64,000 nt of DNA, from assembly GCA_965238175.1 (NCBI GenBank), contig CBDEGZ010000003.1, positions 32,001 to 96,000 on the forward strand, read 5' to 3'. The notes below the pieces were generated by a model that did no database searches, was not told where the DNA came from, and saw nothing but the letters and a program-made list of their open reading frames with translations. The number at the start of each line of letters is the position of its first letter. Position 1 is the first letter of the stretch. The position numbers were made by a program, and so were the translations under genes. This DNA is from Gammaproteobacteria bacterium (GTDB lineage Bacteria > Pseudomonadota > Gammaproteobacteria > CAJXQU01). Below are positions 62,958 to 64,000 of the stretch, piece by piece.

Positions 62958-63644
62958 ATGAACTCAAAAATTCTCATAGTTGATGATGAACCGGCAATTC
63001 GGCAAATGCTGATTTTTGCCTTGTCTACTGAAGGGTATGACTATTCAGAAGCTGGGACAGCAGATGAAGCTCAGAAGTTAATTCAAGACTCGCAACCAGA
63101 CCTGGTTCTACTTGATTGGATGCTACCTGGTTTAAGTGGTGTCGACTTGGCACGACGAATGAAACGTCATCCTGAGTCAAAAGATATGCCTATCATTATG
63201 CTTACTGCAAAAGGCGAAGAAGTCGATAAAATCAAAGCATTAGATACAGGTGCGGATGATTACATCACAAAACCATTTTCTACTCAGGAATTACTTGCTC
63301 GTATTAGAGCTGTGCTACGCCGTAGTGATAGAAACGGATCTGTGGATATCCTTGAAGTGGATGCATTAAAGGTAGACCTTGAAACACATAGAGTCACAAT
63401 AAATGATAAAATATTGGAACTTAGCCCTACTGAATTTCGTTTGCTTCATTTTTTCATATCACATCCTGAACGGGTTTACACTCGAACCCAAATACTCGAT
63501 AACGTTTGGGGCCTAAATACCTATATAGAAGAACGAACGGTGGATGTTCATATTCGGCGTTTACGCAAATTGTTAGCAGAACATGATTTTGATGGTTATA
63601 TTCAAACTGTACGTAGTATTGGCTATCGTTTTTCAGAGAAATAA
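62958..63644 (+). CDS. phoB: Phosphate regulon response regulator PhoB
   Basis: LLDWMLPG, GADDYITKPFS, PTEFRLL.FF..HPERV, ERTVDVHIRRLRK. Confidence 0.96.
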   Translation: MNSKILIVDDEPAIRQMLIFALSTEGYDYSEAGTADEAQKLIQDSQPDLVLLDWMLPGLSGVDLARRMKRHPESKDMPIIMLTAKGEEVDKIKALDTGADDYITKPFSTQELLARIRAVLRRSDRNGSVDILEVDALKVDLETHRVTINDKILELSPTEFRLLHFFISHPERVYTRTQILDNVWGLNTYIEERTVDVHIRRLRKLLAEHDFDGYIQTVRSIGYRFSEK

Positions 63645-63666
63645 TGTGCTGCAGTAGAAAATAATA

Positions 63667-64000
63667 ATGAATAAAGATTATTTCCGATTTTTTTATATCT
63701 TGTTGGTAGTTTTTGTTATCGGATTGGTTTTTAATCATATTTTTTTATGCCTTTTTATAGCGACATTGAGCTGTCTAATCTGGCAGCAACAGAAACTATC
63801 TCAACTTTTAAACTGGATCCAGAATCGGAATATAAGTGAACCACCAGATGTACCTGGTTATTTTGAAGATATTTGTATCGAAATAGATCGACTCCAGCTG
63901 AGGCATAAAAAACGTAAGAAGAAACTCGCAAGCTACCTGCAACAATTCCATCAGGCAACTTCTGCTTTGCCCGATGCAACAGTGGTTTTAGATGAGGAAG
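63667..64000 (+). CDS. phoR: Phosphate regulon sensor kinase PhoR (5' part; runs off the window)
   Basis: Manual translation MNKDYFRFFYILLVV...NWI...PP..PG.FE...LQQFHQATSALPDATVVLD; follows phoB. Confidence 0.9.
   Translation, partial: MNKDYFRFFYILLVVFVIGLVFNHIFLCLFIATLSCLIWQQQKLSQLLNWIQNRNISEPPDVPGYFEDICIEIDRLQLRHKKRKKKLASYLQQFHQATSALPDATVVLDEE

Overview
AT-rich (roughly 38-40% GC by eye) chromosomal window of a Gammaproteobacterium, mostly core genes: gatBAC; mreBCD-mrdA-rodA-mltB-rlpA-dacA-dat; queD-ridA-recG-ubiA; yhbY, prlC, deaD; yebC-ruvC-ruvA; ftsYEX-rpoH; M16 pair-rsmD-coaD-ferredoxin-ggt; rsgA; ruvB-tolQRAB-pal-cpoB-queEC; greB; rhomboid-tmcA; phosphate porin; phoBR. No rRNA, tRNA or CRISPR seen. 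The most interesting accessory locus (22.6-26.2 kb) encodes a membrane-anchored SGNH protein, a NodU/CmcH O-carbamoyltransferase, an SxtJ-like membrane protein and a 50-aa single-TM peptide (missing from the ORF track) ending in FIYTLF, like the DltX/AlgI tyrosine acyl-shuttle motif. I infer a possible MBOAT-free trans-membrane carbamoylation relay. Intergenic DNA holds four ERIC-like palindromic MITEs, IS5, IS110 and RAYT relics, a diverged duplicate of the ftsX 3' end, a perfect CIRCE over a sigmaE-type promoter at rpoH, candidate sigma32, sigma28 and CRP sites, and Pho boxes. ruvA and ruvB appear separated by an inversion of about 18.6 kb. All calls come from reading the sequence and recalled motifs; no searches were run.
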